Origin: an uncultured bacterium
GTDB taxonomy: Bacteria > Calescibacteriota > Calescibacteriia > Calescibacteriales > Calescibacteriaceae
Length of the DNA: 64,000 nucleotides
Direction: 5' to 3'
Assembly (NCBI GenBank): GCA_938036315.1
Contig: CALHPK010000003.1
Span: forward strand, 52,722-116,721
Numbering within the stretch: the stretch's first letter is position 1; each line of letters begins with the position of its first letter. The notes under the pieces were generated by a model that was not told where the DNA came from, ran no database searches, and worked only from the letters and a program-made list of their open reading frames with translations. The translations under genes and the position numbers were made by a program. Below are positions 26,362 to 34,373 of the stretch, piece by piece.

Positions 26362-27465
26362 TCAGACTACATCTTCTCCTCTTGGCACAACTATTTCACC
26401 CTGCTGTTCAAGTCTTCTTATAACTTTCAGTATCTCTTGTTGTGCCTTTTCAACATCTAATTTCCTGACAGGTGGCATCGTTTCAAGCTCCTCCCGCAGA
26501 ACCTTAGCAGCTCTTTCGCTCATAGCCCCAAGTATTTTCCTTTTCACAGGTTCAGAAGCTCCTTTCAATGCTTTGAGTAGAACTTCTCTGTCTATCTCCC
26601 TCAGTATCACTCCTATATATCTGTTGTGAATTTTGACTATGTCATCAAATGTAAACATCCTTTGCCTCAATTCTTCCGCAAGTTCTGGCTTTATCTTCTC
26701 TATCTGTTCAAGAATTTCTTTTTCAAGTCCCGGGGGAGCATTCAGGACAACTTCTAAAAGAGAATTTATACCACCGACTCTCTTTGTACCTCCAACCGCT
26801 CTGTATTCCTCATCAAGTACAAGCCCTATTTCATCAACAACCCCTGGTGCAAGCCTATCGAGAATAGCTACTCTACTCAGGATCTCCCCAATCATATCCT
26901 TCGGAAGAAATTGTAGGACCTCTATGGCTTTCCTTGGGTCAAGATATGCAAGAACTACAGCCATAGTTTGAGGATGTTCTTTCTTTATGAAATTCGCTAT
27001 AGACTGTGCATCAAGATCGTGTAGTACATTCATACTTGCGGTATCCCCAACTTTCAGGAATATTTTTAATCTTTCCATTATGGCGGCAGCCTTGGCGGGA
27101 CCAAACACGTTCGACAGAACCTTCTGAATATACTCAAGTCCGGAACCAACAATGACATCTTGTCTTGTGAGTCTTACGAACTCATTCAGTACATCCACAG
27201 CCACCTTCTTTGGTATGACATCAAGATGAATCATCTCCTCTGTTACCTTTTGAACCTCTTCCTCCGAGAGTCTTTTTAAAATCTCCGAGGCTTTATCCTC
27301 CCCCAGAGTCCTCAAAAGTATCGCGACTTTTCTCGGTCCAGATAAGCCTCTCTTTATAGGTACTGCTCCCTCTTTCTCCCGATTTTCTCTATCTACTCGA
27401 CTTCCAACTTCTACTTTTTCTGATTTTACCTCACCTTCCATCTCTATCTTTTTCCCTTCTACCAT
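26362..27465 (-). CDS. fliG: Flagellar motor switch protein FliG (about 40-aa acidic/basic N-terminal extension)
   Basis: 367 aa. AILLRTLGEDKASEILKRLSEEE and the C-terminal MFTFDDIV region. Confidence 0.9.
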   Translation of the reverse strand: MVEGKKIEMEGEVKSEKVEVGSRVDRENREKEGAVPIKRGLSGPRKVAILLRTLGEDKASEILKRLSEEEVQKVTEEMIHLDVIPKKVAVDVLNEFVRLTRQDVIVGSGLEYIQKVLSNVFGPAKAAAIMERLKIFLKVGDTASMNVLHDLDAQSIANFIKKEHPQTMAVVLAYLDPRKAIEVLQFLPKDMIGEILSRVAILDRLAPGVVDEIGLVLDEEYRAVGGTKRVGGINSLLEVVLNAPPGLEKEILEQIEKIKPELAEELRQRMFTFDDIVKIHNRYIGVILREIDREVLLKALKGASEPVKRKILGAMSERAAKVLREELETMPPVRKLDVEKAQQEILKVIRRLEQQGEIVVPRGEDVV

Positions 27466-27495
27466 ATATAACCATCAACACCAACCAACCACTAG

Positions 27496-27537
27496 TAAAT
27501 AGATTTTAATCTTTCAATAAATAGATTTTAATCTTTC
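27496..27537. repeat. 2 x 20-nt direct repeat at 22-bp period, each unit containing the palindrome AGATTTTAATCT
   Basis: taaatagattttaatctttc at 27496-27515 and 27518-27537, 31-72 nt upstream of the fliG start. Confidence 0.95.
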
Positions 27538-27562
27538 CACCTTATATTTTCAACTATCTGAT

Positions 27563-27609
27563 AAAGGTTCCCCCTTCTTTAATTAATATCTTCAAAGAGG
27601 GGAACTTTA
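27563..27609 (-). terminator. Possible intrinsic terminator downstream of the ComEA-like gene
   Basis: Imperfect stem aaaggttcccccttcttt / aaagaggggaacttt with a 13-nt loop, followed on the minus strand by UUUAU. The U-tract is weak. Confidence 0.3.
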
Positions 27610-27633
27610 AAAAGGGAAGCTCTTTTTAATTTG

Positions 27634-28008
27634 TTAATCTCCTTCAAACTTGTAAGAGTTTTGTGAGCATCTTTTGAGCGTAAAAATTTTCTTGATTTTT
27701 TCTACTGATTTTGGTCCGATTCCTTTTATCTCTTCAAACTCACTGAAGCTATATATCTTTCTATTCCGTAAGACCTCCGCTATTTTTTCTGCCCTACTCC
27801 TGCCGACAACCAAAGTAAGTAAAGCTTTTATCTCCTCTTCGTCCTCAAAACAGTTTAGAGAAACTTTTCCATAGCACAAAAGTGAAAAAAGATGTTCAGA
27901 ATTAACATCTGGACATCTAAGATAACTTACCCTCAAAATAAACATAACTAAAGAAATCAAAAAGATCAAAACCATACCCTGCAGATATCTTCTATATATC
28001 TGTGACAT
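27634..28008 (-). CDS. ComEA-like helix-hairpin-helix DNA-binding protein
   Basis: 124 aa. N-terminal TM segment and C-terminal HhH motif EEIKGIGPKSVEKIKKIF. Confidence 0.65.
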   Translation of the reverse strand: MSQIYRRYLQGMVLIFLISLVMFILRVSYLRCPDVNSEHLFSLLCYGKVSLNCFEDEEEIKALLTLVVGRSRAEKIAEVLRNRKIYSFSEFEEIKGIGPKSVEKIKKIFTLKRCSQNSYKFEGD

Positions 28009-28142
28009 TCTTTATTACTGCATATACTTTTTGAACTATGTCTTCATAGCTTTTCTATTTATTTCCTCGTATTACTATTTTAGTCTAAAAATTTAGGAAA
28101 ACATGAAAAGGTTATTTTGTAGTTAAATTAATAATGTGATTT

Positions 28143-29297
28143 GTGGGAAGGGAAGATAATCTACGCAGGCGAGCATGGCAAGGAGTAGTTATTGAATACT
28201 ACGACTTCATATCTGTCAACAATGAAAAACTCAAATTACCGCCTGTCTCATTACAGGAGGGGAACACTCCGCTGATTGAATCGGTTTCTCTTGTCAAAGA
28301 GCTCAAAGAATTTGGATTTTCCGGGAAAATATATTTCAAGCATGAAGGATTAAACCCTACAAGCTCTTTCAAAGATAGAGGCATGGCAGTAGCTGTAACA
28401 CGTGCTAGAGATTCCAATGCTCAGGCAATAATTTGTGCGTCAACTGGAAATACATCCGCATCAGCTTCGGCATACGGAGCCAGAGCCAAAATTCCGGTCA
28501 TTATCGTAGTTCCAGAAAAGGGAGTTACAATAGGTAAGCTTGTCCAAGCTATAGCACACGGAGCAGTGATGATAAGAGTTAAGGGAAATTTCGATTCAGC
28601 ACTACAGCTGGCAAGAAAAGTTGCCGAGGATTTTAGCTTGTTCATAGTTAATTCTATAAATCCCTGGAGAATAGAAGGACAAAAAACAGCCTCATTAGAA
28701 ATATGCGATGCCCTTGGATTTGCTCCTGATTATCACTTCATACCAGTAGGAAATGCGGGAAACATTTACTCATATTGGATCGGTTACAAACAATACAAAG
28801 AAATTGGCAGAATAGATATGCTTCCAAAAATGTATGGATTCCAAGCAGAAGGAGCTGCCCCCATAGTTAAGGGACACCCCATAAGCGACCCACAAACTAT
28901 CGCATCAGCTATCAGAATCGGTAATCCAGCTAACTGGGAAAGAGCTATCTTGGCAAAAGAAGAATCAGAAGGAATCATAGATACAGTTTCAGATGATGAA
29001 ATACTGAAAGCTTACAAATTTATGGGAGAAAAAGAAGGGATATTCTGTGAATTATCATCAGCAGCATCAGTTGCAGGACTTATAAAAATGGTTAAGAAAA
29101 AATCAACACAAAAGGATGCAGTAGTGGTCTGCACATTAACAGGTCACGGATTGAAAGATCCCCAAGCAGTTATAGATTTCATTCCGCCAAAAGAAGCTAT
29201 AATAGAACCTTCTTTCAAAGCAATAAAAAATCTCATACAAGAAATAATACCCCAAAAAATAGAAAAAAGCCAAAGTTCTGCACTTCAGGAAACATAA
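28143..29297 (+). CDS. thrC: Threonine synthase
   Basis: 384 aa. PLP-lysine motif SFKDRGMAV and STGNTSASA. GTG start as in the ORF track. Confidence 0.9.
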   Translation: MGREDNLRRRAWQGVVIEYYDFISVNNEKLKLPPVSLQEGNTPLIESVSLVKELKEFGFSGKIYFKHEGLNPTSSFKDRGMAVAVTRARDSNAQAIICASTGNTSASASAYGARAKIPVIIVVPEKGVTIGKLVQAIAHGAVMIRVKGNFDSALQLARKVAEDFSLFIVNSINPWRIEGQKTASLEICDALGFAPDYHFIPVGNAGNIYSYWIGYKQYKEIGRIDMLPKMYGFQAEGAAPIVKGHPISDPQTIASAIRIGNPANWERAILAKEESEGIIDTVSDDEILKAYKFMGEKEGIFCELSSAASVAGLIKMVKKKSTQKDAVVVCTLTGHGLKDPQAVIDFIPPKEAIIEPSFKAIKNLIQEIIPQKIEKSQSSALQET

Positions 29298-29322
29298 AAA
29301 AAAAGAATAAATACACTCACTA

Positions 29323-30057
29323 ATGGGAGTGACAATAATTGGTACTATATCTATTTTCCTTATTTGCTTTTCCTATTTTGATTCTTTTGTGTATCAACTC
29401 CCCAGCAATAACATAGGCATCATCACTCAATTTTCATCCTACAAGAACTTCCATAACAGTGGAACAATTCTCCTGAGCGTCTTTGCGGAAAAAAGCTTAG
29501 TAGATAGACTTTTTTCTGCAAAAATCGATATACCCACAGGGATTATAAAACAAGAGAAAACCTCCTTTGTTCTGCACGATATAGCCTTGACAATAAAGTT
29601 CAATCCATCAGATCTTTACCCTTCTCCAATCTTCTCCCTAACATTCATACTACCATCTGGCAACCCACCTTTTACATATAGACACATTGTTATGTCTCCG
29701 AGATTCTCTTTGCTACAGAATATTGGTAAATCTAATTTTCACTTATCCTTGGGAGGTTACTTCTCACCCCAAAAGATTGCAAATAATCCAGCCATGCCGA
29801 TCAGAAACAACGATATCTTCGCGCTTGTTGGGCTGAATCACGCTTTTTTAGATTATTTAATTATTGATATTAAAGTAAAAGGTATATACGAAGAATTCAG
29901 ACTCTTAGTTTTTCAACCCCAGATATACCTTTCATTTGTGGTAAAAAGGAAGTATGATTTCCTATCATCAGTATTTGCATTCCATAGCTTCGGGCAGACA
30001 GAAAGCGTAAGAAGTGGCTACGGAATCGGCCTTTCTTTCCTACTTATATGGCACTAA
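29323..30057 (+). CDS. Hypothetical protein (N-terminal hydrophobic segment; possibly envelope-associated)
   Basis: 244-aa ORF with no recognisable motif. Alternating hydrophobic pattern toward the C-terminus. Real-gene status supported only by length and lack of overlap. Confidence 0.4.
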   Translation: MGVTIIGTISIFLICFSYFDSFVYQLPSNNIGIITQFSSYKNFHNSGTILLSVFAEKSLVDRLFSAKIDIPTGIIKQEKTSFVLHDIALTIKFNPSDLYPSPIFSLTFILPSGNPPFTYRHIVMSPRFSLLQNIGKSNFHLSLGGYFSPQKIANNPAMPIRNNDIFALVGLNHAFLDYLIIDIKVKGIYEEFRLLVFQPQIYLSFVVKRKYDFLSSVFAFHSFGQTESVRSGYGIGLSFLLIWH

Positions 30058-30060
30058 ACA

Positions 30061-30561
30061 CTATGGAGTATTATGGCCGGATTTAAAAGCCTTACTCCAT
30101 GCCTCCTCAAGTTCACTTATATATCCTATAACTTTTTCAAGTAGCTGACAATCCTTATTTATATCTGCTTCTGTTATTTTTTGGGTTATAAAAAGATATG
30201 ACCTTATAAGATTTTTACCAACTTCATTTGGCTCAGTAACTGCTATAAGAAGATCAAAAATTTTCAGCGCTTTTGATATGCCTTCATATTTAGATTCATA
30301 ATCCTTTGAACGTATTCCCTCTATTGCTTTCTTTAGCGAATCTTTAGCAAGCTCATAACACATAATAAGAAGTGAAACAGGATCAGCAGTCATTAAAGAA
30401 TCAAGTAGAAATCTTTTTTGCAGATCTTCAGGTACCACCCCTTGATGGTCTGTGAAATTAGAATCCCCACCTTTCTCCCGATCTTCCGATGTCTCTTGAG
30501 ATGCATCGTCTACTATCTCGATTTTTCTTAAAGCTAAATCTCCTATCAAGTCCTTTTTCAT
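30061..30561 (-). CDS. fliS: Flagellar export chaperone FliS (N-terminally extended)
   Basis: 166 aa. PVSLLIMCYELAKDSLKKAIEGI matches the FliS helix-1/2 pattern. Sits directly downstream of flaG. Confidence 0.7.
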   Translation of the reverse strand: MKKDLIGDLALRKIEIVDDASQETSEDREKGGDSNFTDHQGVVPEDLQKRFLLDSLMTADPVSLLIMCYELAKDSLKKAIEGIRSKDYESKYEGISKALKIFDLLIAVTEPNEVGKNLIRSYLFITQKITEADINKDCQLLEKVIGYISELEEAWSKAFKSGHNTP

Positions 30562-30572
30562 GCGAATAAATC

Positions 30573-30920
30573 TTATGCATATTTTGAAAGAATAATTTCA
30601 ACTAAAGTTTCAAAAAATAGCTTAATTCTCGCCATAAGCTTGACAACTTCTTCTGGTGGGAAGACCTTTATAACTTCTCCTGATGCAGTTTTAACTCTAA
30701 CAAAAGGAATAGATGCCACATTATCAAAGGAAAGGTAAATACCTACAGACCCGAGCTTTTCATTTATAGAATCAATTAATTTCTTAAACTCCTCAAAATC
30801 AATATTTTCTTTTTTAATAGATACAGCTATAGATTTTATATCTTCGACAGCCCTATCTATCTCAGCTCTACTGACCTGAATCGGGAAACCTTCTGTCTTC
30901 ATATCTGACCTGACCTCCAT
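30573..30920 (-). CDS. flaG: Flagellar protein FlaG
   Basis: 115 aa. C-terminal VRVKTASGEVIKVFPPEEVVKLMARI matches the FlaG signature. TAGGAGGT Shine-Dalgarno. Confidence 0.65.
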   Translation of the reverse strand: MEVRSDMKTEGFPIQVSRAEIDRAVEDIKSIAVSIKKENIDFEEFKKLIDSINEKLGSVGIYLSFDNVASIPFVRVKTASGEVIKVFPPEEVVKLMARIKLFFETLVEIILSKYA

Positions 30921-30945
30921 GTCAAAAACCTCCTATCTTAATTTT

Positions 30946-30972
30946 ATATCGGAAAAACACAAAATTGGTTTA
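30946..30972 (-). promoter_or_regulatory. Sigma-28 (FliA)-type promoter candidate for flaG-fliS
   Basis: Minus strand reads TAAA-ccaattttgtgtttt-TCCGATAT, ending 25 nt upstream of the flaG ATG, within the 64-nt gap after the flagellin-like gene. Confidence 0.6.
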
Positions 30973-30984
30973 GCTTAACAAGGA

Positions 30985-32094
30985 CTATCGTCTCATCAGT
31001 ATACTCATACCTTGCGTTAGGTTAGCTATAGCTCTTTGCAGGGTGGCTGTATCGGTCTGCATTATAGTCTGCTTCAGGTTCAAAATCACTGACTCTGATG
31101 GAATATCAGAATCTTCAAGATCTCCTATAAATATTCTATATCGCTGTTTTACCGAGAAGTTCAAATCTTCTCTACGCTTTAGTTTCTCTATTCTCTCCCC
31201 TATCTTGGCTCTGGACTCAGATAGTCTTGAGATCGCAACCTCGAGCTTATGGACTACAGATTCAACACTTTCTGAGAAGTCCTGAGGAACACCAAGATCC
31301 TCAGGTTCCAAAGAAGGGAGGAAGAATCTGCTCTCACCATATTTATCATCACCCAAGATAGATAGGATAGGATCTGCCCTAACGAAGAATCTAGCTGAAA
31401 AATTCTGATCTGATTTTATCTTAAGGTTTATGCCAAGTTCTTCAAAATTCACCACCGATGGCAAGCTGGGCGGTTTTCCTGTAAGGTCTGATGTCTCTGA
31501 AAAAACAGGAACTCCTCCGATCTCAAGCTGGGCAGTTACACTATTACCAATTCTTTCTATAAGTATTGAGAACGTATCAAATTCTTCAATTCCGAACCTT
31601 TTGAAATTGAGGCCTGAAACATTTATTTCTGTAGGTATAAATTTTTCTCCACTGATATTTTCCACCTTCACGACAGAGTTTGAAAATCCACCTCTGCCTA
31701 TTGCACGCCCAAAAAAAGTTTCTTTTCTCACTAAATTAACTTTTAACTGAACATACATAGATTTGTAGGTGTTCTCAAGTTCTCTAAACTCATCTGGGGA
31801 GTTAGCCTGTGAGGCTCTTTCGGCTATGCTTTTGAGCTTCTCAAGTATCCCCAAAACTGCCGACTGACTTTCCTCGTACTTTTGAAGTATGTTTGTAATG
31901 CCTGTGATGTGCTGAGAGATAAAATTAAGCTCTTCAAATTTCGAGGTTAATCTTCTCGCAAGATATAGTGCTGAAGGAGAATCTTCTTTAAGAATCTTAC
32001 CAGATGATATTCTTTCTGATGATTTCTGGAGCAACTTTGTATTTTTCTCTAACTCTCCCAGAATTATTGATGAGCTTATTTTTAGCGCCTTCAT
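30985..32094 (-). CDS. Divergent flagellin/FlgL-family protein
   Basis: 369 aa. N-terminal ERISSGKILKEDSPSALYLARRL (flagellin_N-like SSGK...D.P motif) and C-terminal TATLQRAIANLTQGMSILMRR (flagellin_C-like). FliC versus FlgL cannot be separated by eye. Confidence 0.65.
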   Translation of the reverse strand: MKALKISSSIILGELEKNTKLLQKSSERISSGKILKEDSPSALYLARRLTSKFEELNFISQHITGITNILQKYEESQSAVLGILEKLKSIAERASQANSPDEFRELENTYKSMYVQLKVNLVRKETFFGRAIGRGGFSNSVVKVENISGEKFIPTEINVSGLNFKRFGIEEFDTFSILIERIGNSVTAQLEIGGVPVFSETSDLTGKPPSLPSVVNFEELGINLKIKSDQNFSARFFVRADPILSILGDDKYGESRFFLPSLEPEDLGVPQDFSESVESVVHKLEVAISRLSESRAKIGERIEKLKRREDLNFSVKQRYRIFIGDLEDSDIPSESVILNLKQTIMQTDTATLQRAIANLTQGMSILMRR

Positions 32095-32114
32095 ACTTCC
32101 ATATTACATAACTT

Positions 32115-33818
32115 TCATATGTTCCCATTTTGCAAATTTATACTTTTTGATTTTATATCGTTTATCTTCGATGTTACCCATTCATATACTCTTTCTGTTT
32201 TTTGATTATTCTCAGCAAATTTTAGGGTCATTATTGCGTTCTCTAATGTTATGAGTCTCATATAGTCGCTTTTGAATTTGTCTGATATTTGTCCCCAACT
32301 GTATGCTAAGTCTTGTACATCTTCAGCAAATGACACATTCCCGGAAAGCTCATAAGCTGTAGAAAGTACATCAACAGATGACTTAAGGTCTCCAGATCTG
32401 AGAAGGATATTTCCCACGCACACCAAAGCAGATAATATATCTGTCAGGAGTCCATCAGAGTATTCCACAAGCTTGAGGTACTCTAAAAATAGATTTAATG
32501 CTTCTTTGAAGTTACCCTGCATAAACTGGAAATGTGCAAAATTGAAAATGACATCTGGATTATTTTGAGTTTTTTCATATGCTCTGCGGTAATATTTCTC
32601 CGCATCTTCTATGTTTCCGCATCTTTCCGCTGATATAGCCAGATTTGAAAATTGATGAGGTGGAATCTTATCTTCTAACTCTTTCAATACATCGTATACA
32701 ATCTTATACTCTTTCAAGCTGAACATACAATCTATAAATTCTTCCAGAGTTGGATTCCAAGTAAAGAGATCTTTAGAGATATTTTTCAGTTCTATGAAAG
32801 CATCCTTTGCCTCTGAGTATCTTTCAAGCTTAAAAAGCACACGAGCTCTACTTAGCCAATACATTCTCTTGAGTTGCTCAGGCGAAATTGGTATTATCCC
32901 TACCAAGAACCCTTTTCCTTTAGCTTTGTCGATTTCTTCAAGGGATTTCTCGTATTCACCCTTCACATAATAGTATTCTGCTTTTTTGAGGTTTATCATT
33001 CCTTCGTCGGGTCTTATCTTTTCGGATTCGATCATAGCTTCAAAGAATCCTTCCCAATTTCCTCTCGCTTTTTCAATATCTGCTTTTGTTATAAGGATAT
33101 CAAACATCCAGTGAATAGATGTCCTGGGAACAAGCTCATATGCTTCTTGTATTTTTTTTGCGGCTTCCTCAAGTCTTTGTAATCGAAACAGAGAAACAGC
33201 AATATACCTTTTCACCCAGAAAGATGGATTCTCCTCTTCCTCCTTGAGAAGAAGTTTCAAATTTCTGGTCAATTTTTCCCCAAGCTTAGACCTATCTTCA
33301 TAACCTCTATGAATTATCTTCAAAGTTGTATAAACTTCCCTAATTTTAAGCCTTGAGAGAGAGAATATAACTTGTTCATGGATTCTCCCTTCAAATTTTA
33401 AATCTTGATGGTTCGGGAAAAGGCGAATTTGGAACCAATACCATGAAGTTTCATCTCCTTCAGATATTTTGCTCTCTATAATGAAATAATAGGCCTCATC
33501 GCGAGATTTGGGAAGATTTTTCTTAAGCTCTATTATCCTTTTGATATTCTCTTCATCAATGTAATCGTCTGCATCGAGCCACATAATCCAGTCGCCAGTT
33601 GCATACTTTAAGGATTCATTCCTTGCTGCTGAGAAATCATCACACCACTGGAAATGGTAAACTTTCGCTCCGAACTCCTTGGCTATCTCTGGAGTTCTAT
33701 CAGAACTTCCGGTATCCACAACTATTATTTCATCAGCAAATTTTTTTGCACACTCAAGAACCGTCCCTATATTTTTTTCCTCATCTTTAGCTATCATGCA
33801 AAGAGAGATTGTGGGCAT
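32115..33818 (-). CDS. Family-2 glycosyltransferase fused to TPR repeats
   Basis: 567 aa. ISLCMIAKDEEKNIGTVLECAKKFADEIIVVDTGSSDRT, DxD in MWLDADDYI, multiple TPR-like repeats in the C-terminal two-thirds. Confidence 0.85.
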   Translation of the reverse strand: MPTISLCMIAKDEEKNIGTVLECAKKFADEIIVVDTGSSDRTPEIAKEFGAKVYHFQWCDDFSAARNESLKYATGDWIMWLDADDYIDEENIKRIIELKKNLPKSRDEAYYFIIESKISEGDETSWYWFQIRLFPNHQDLKFEGRIHEQVIFSLSRLKIREVYTTLKIIHRGYEDRSKLGEKLTRNLKLLLKEEEENPSFWVKRYIAVSLFRLQRLEEAAKKIQEAYELVPRTSIHWMFDILITKADIEKARGNWEGFFEAMIESEKIRPDEGMINLKKAEYYYVKGEYEKSLEEIDKAKGKGFLVGIIPISPEQLKRMYWLSRARVLFKLERYSEAKDAFIELKNISKDLFTWNPTLEEFIDCMFSLKEYKIVYDVLKELEDKIPPHQFSNLAISAERCGNIEDAEKYYRRAYEKTQNNPDVIFNFAHFQFMQGNFKEALNLFLEYLKLVEYSDGLLTDILSALVCVGNILLRSGDLKSSVDVLSTAYELSGNVSFAEDVQDLAYSWGQISDKFKSDYMRLITLENAIMTLKFAENNQKTERVYEWVTSKINDIKSKSINLQNGNI

Positions 33819-33831
33819 AGTTTTATCCTCC

Positions 33832-34335
33832 CTATTTTTGAGAAGCTAATTTTATTGGATTCTCTGATACAGATTCTGCACTCGTTTCTTTTTTAATTTC
33901 AGTTCCCTTTTCTATTGAAATTTCAACATCTAAAAGATCCTCGGGGGCATTAAGGATCAATTGCTTCCCCTTTTTCGTTTTGGCATTCAAAACTATGGGG
34001 GTTACCAAATTGCAGAAAACCTTGCCTTTTTCAAACCTCAGAATAACTCTCAATACAAGATCAGATATATCTTGAAAATCTATATCCTTTATATCATCAG
34101 GAGAGACTAAAATCGAATACTCTGGGACTATATAGGAAGGATCAGCAACAAAAAAAGCCAAATTATTAGAATCATAAGAATGCATAATTTCAAGCGGGAA
34201 AGGGAATCCAGAATCCAGAACTTTCATAAAAAAGAATCTTTTCTTATCCTCAAACCCTAAAAGCCCACCTGGGAACTCAAATATCTCTGCCTCATCGATT
34301 GTAATGTTTCCGATTAATTTAGATTCAAAAACCAT
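33832..34335 (-). CDS. fliW: Flagellar assembly factor FliW
   Basis: 167 aa. IFEFPGGLLGFE motif and FliW-like length. No csrA gene follows it. Confidence 0.75.
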   Translation of the reverse strand: MVFESKLIGNITIDEAEIFEFPGGLLGFEDKKRFFFMKVLDSGFPFPLEIMHSYDSNNLAFFVADPSYIVPEYSILVSPDDIKDIDFQDISDLVLRVILRFEKGKVFCNLVTPIVLNAKTKKGKQLILNAPEDLLDVEISIEKGTEIKKETSAESVSENPIKLASQK

Positions 34336-34346
34336 ACTACTTATAC

Positions 34347-34373
34347 TTTTCGGAATGAATCAAAATAAGTTTA
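34347..34373 (-). promoter_or_regulatory. Sigma-28-like promoter candidate in front of fliW (would give a near-leaderless mRNA)
   Basis: Minus strand reads TAAA-cttattttgattcat-TCCGAAAA, ending only 11 nt before the fliW ATG and overlapping the start codon of the divergent GH1 gene. Confidence 0.35.
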
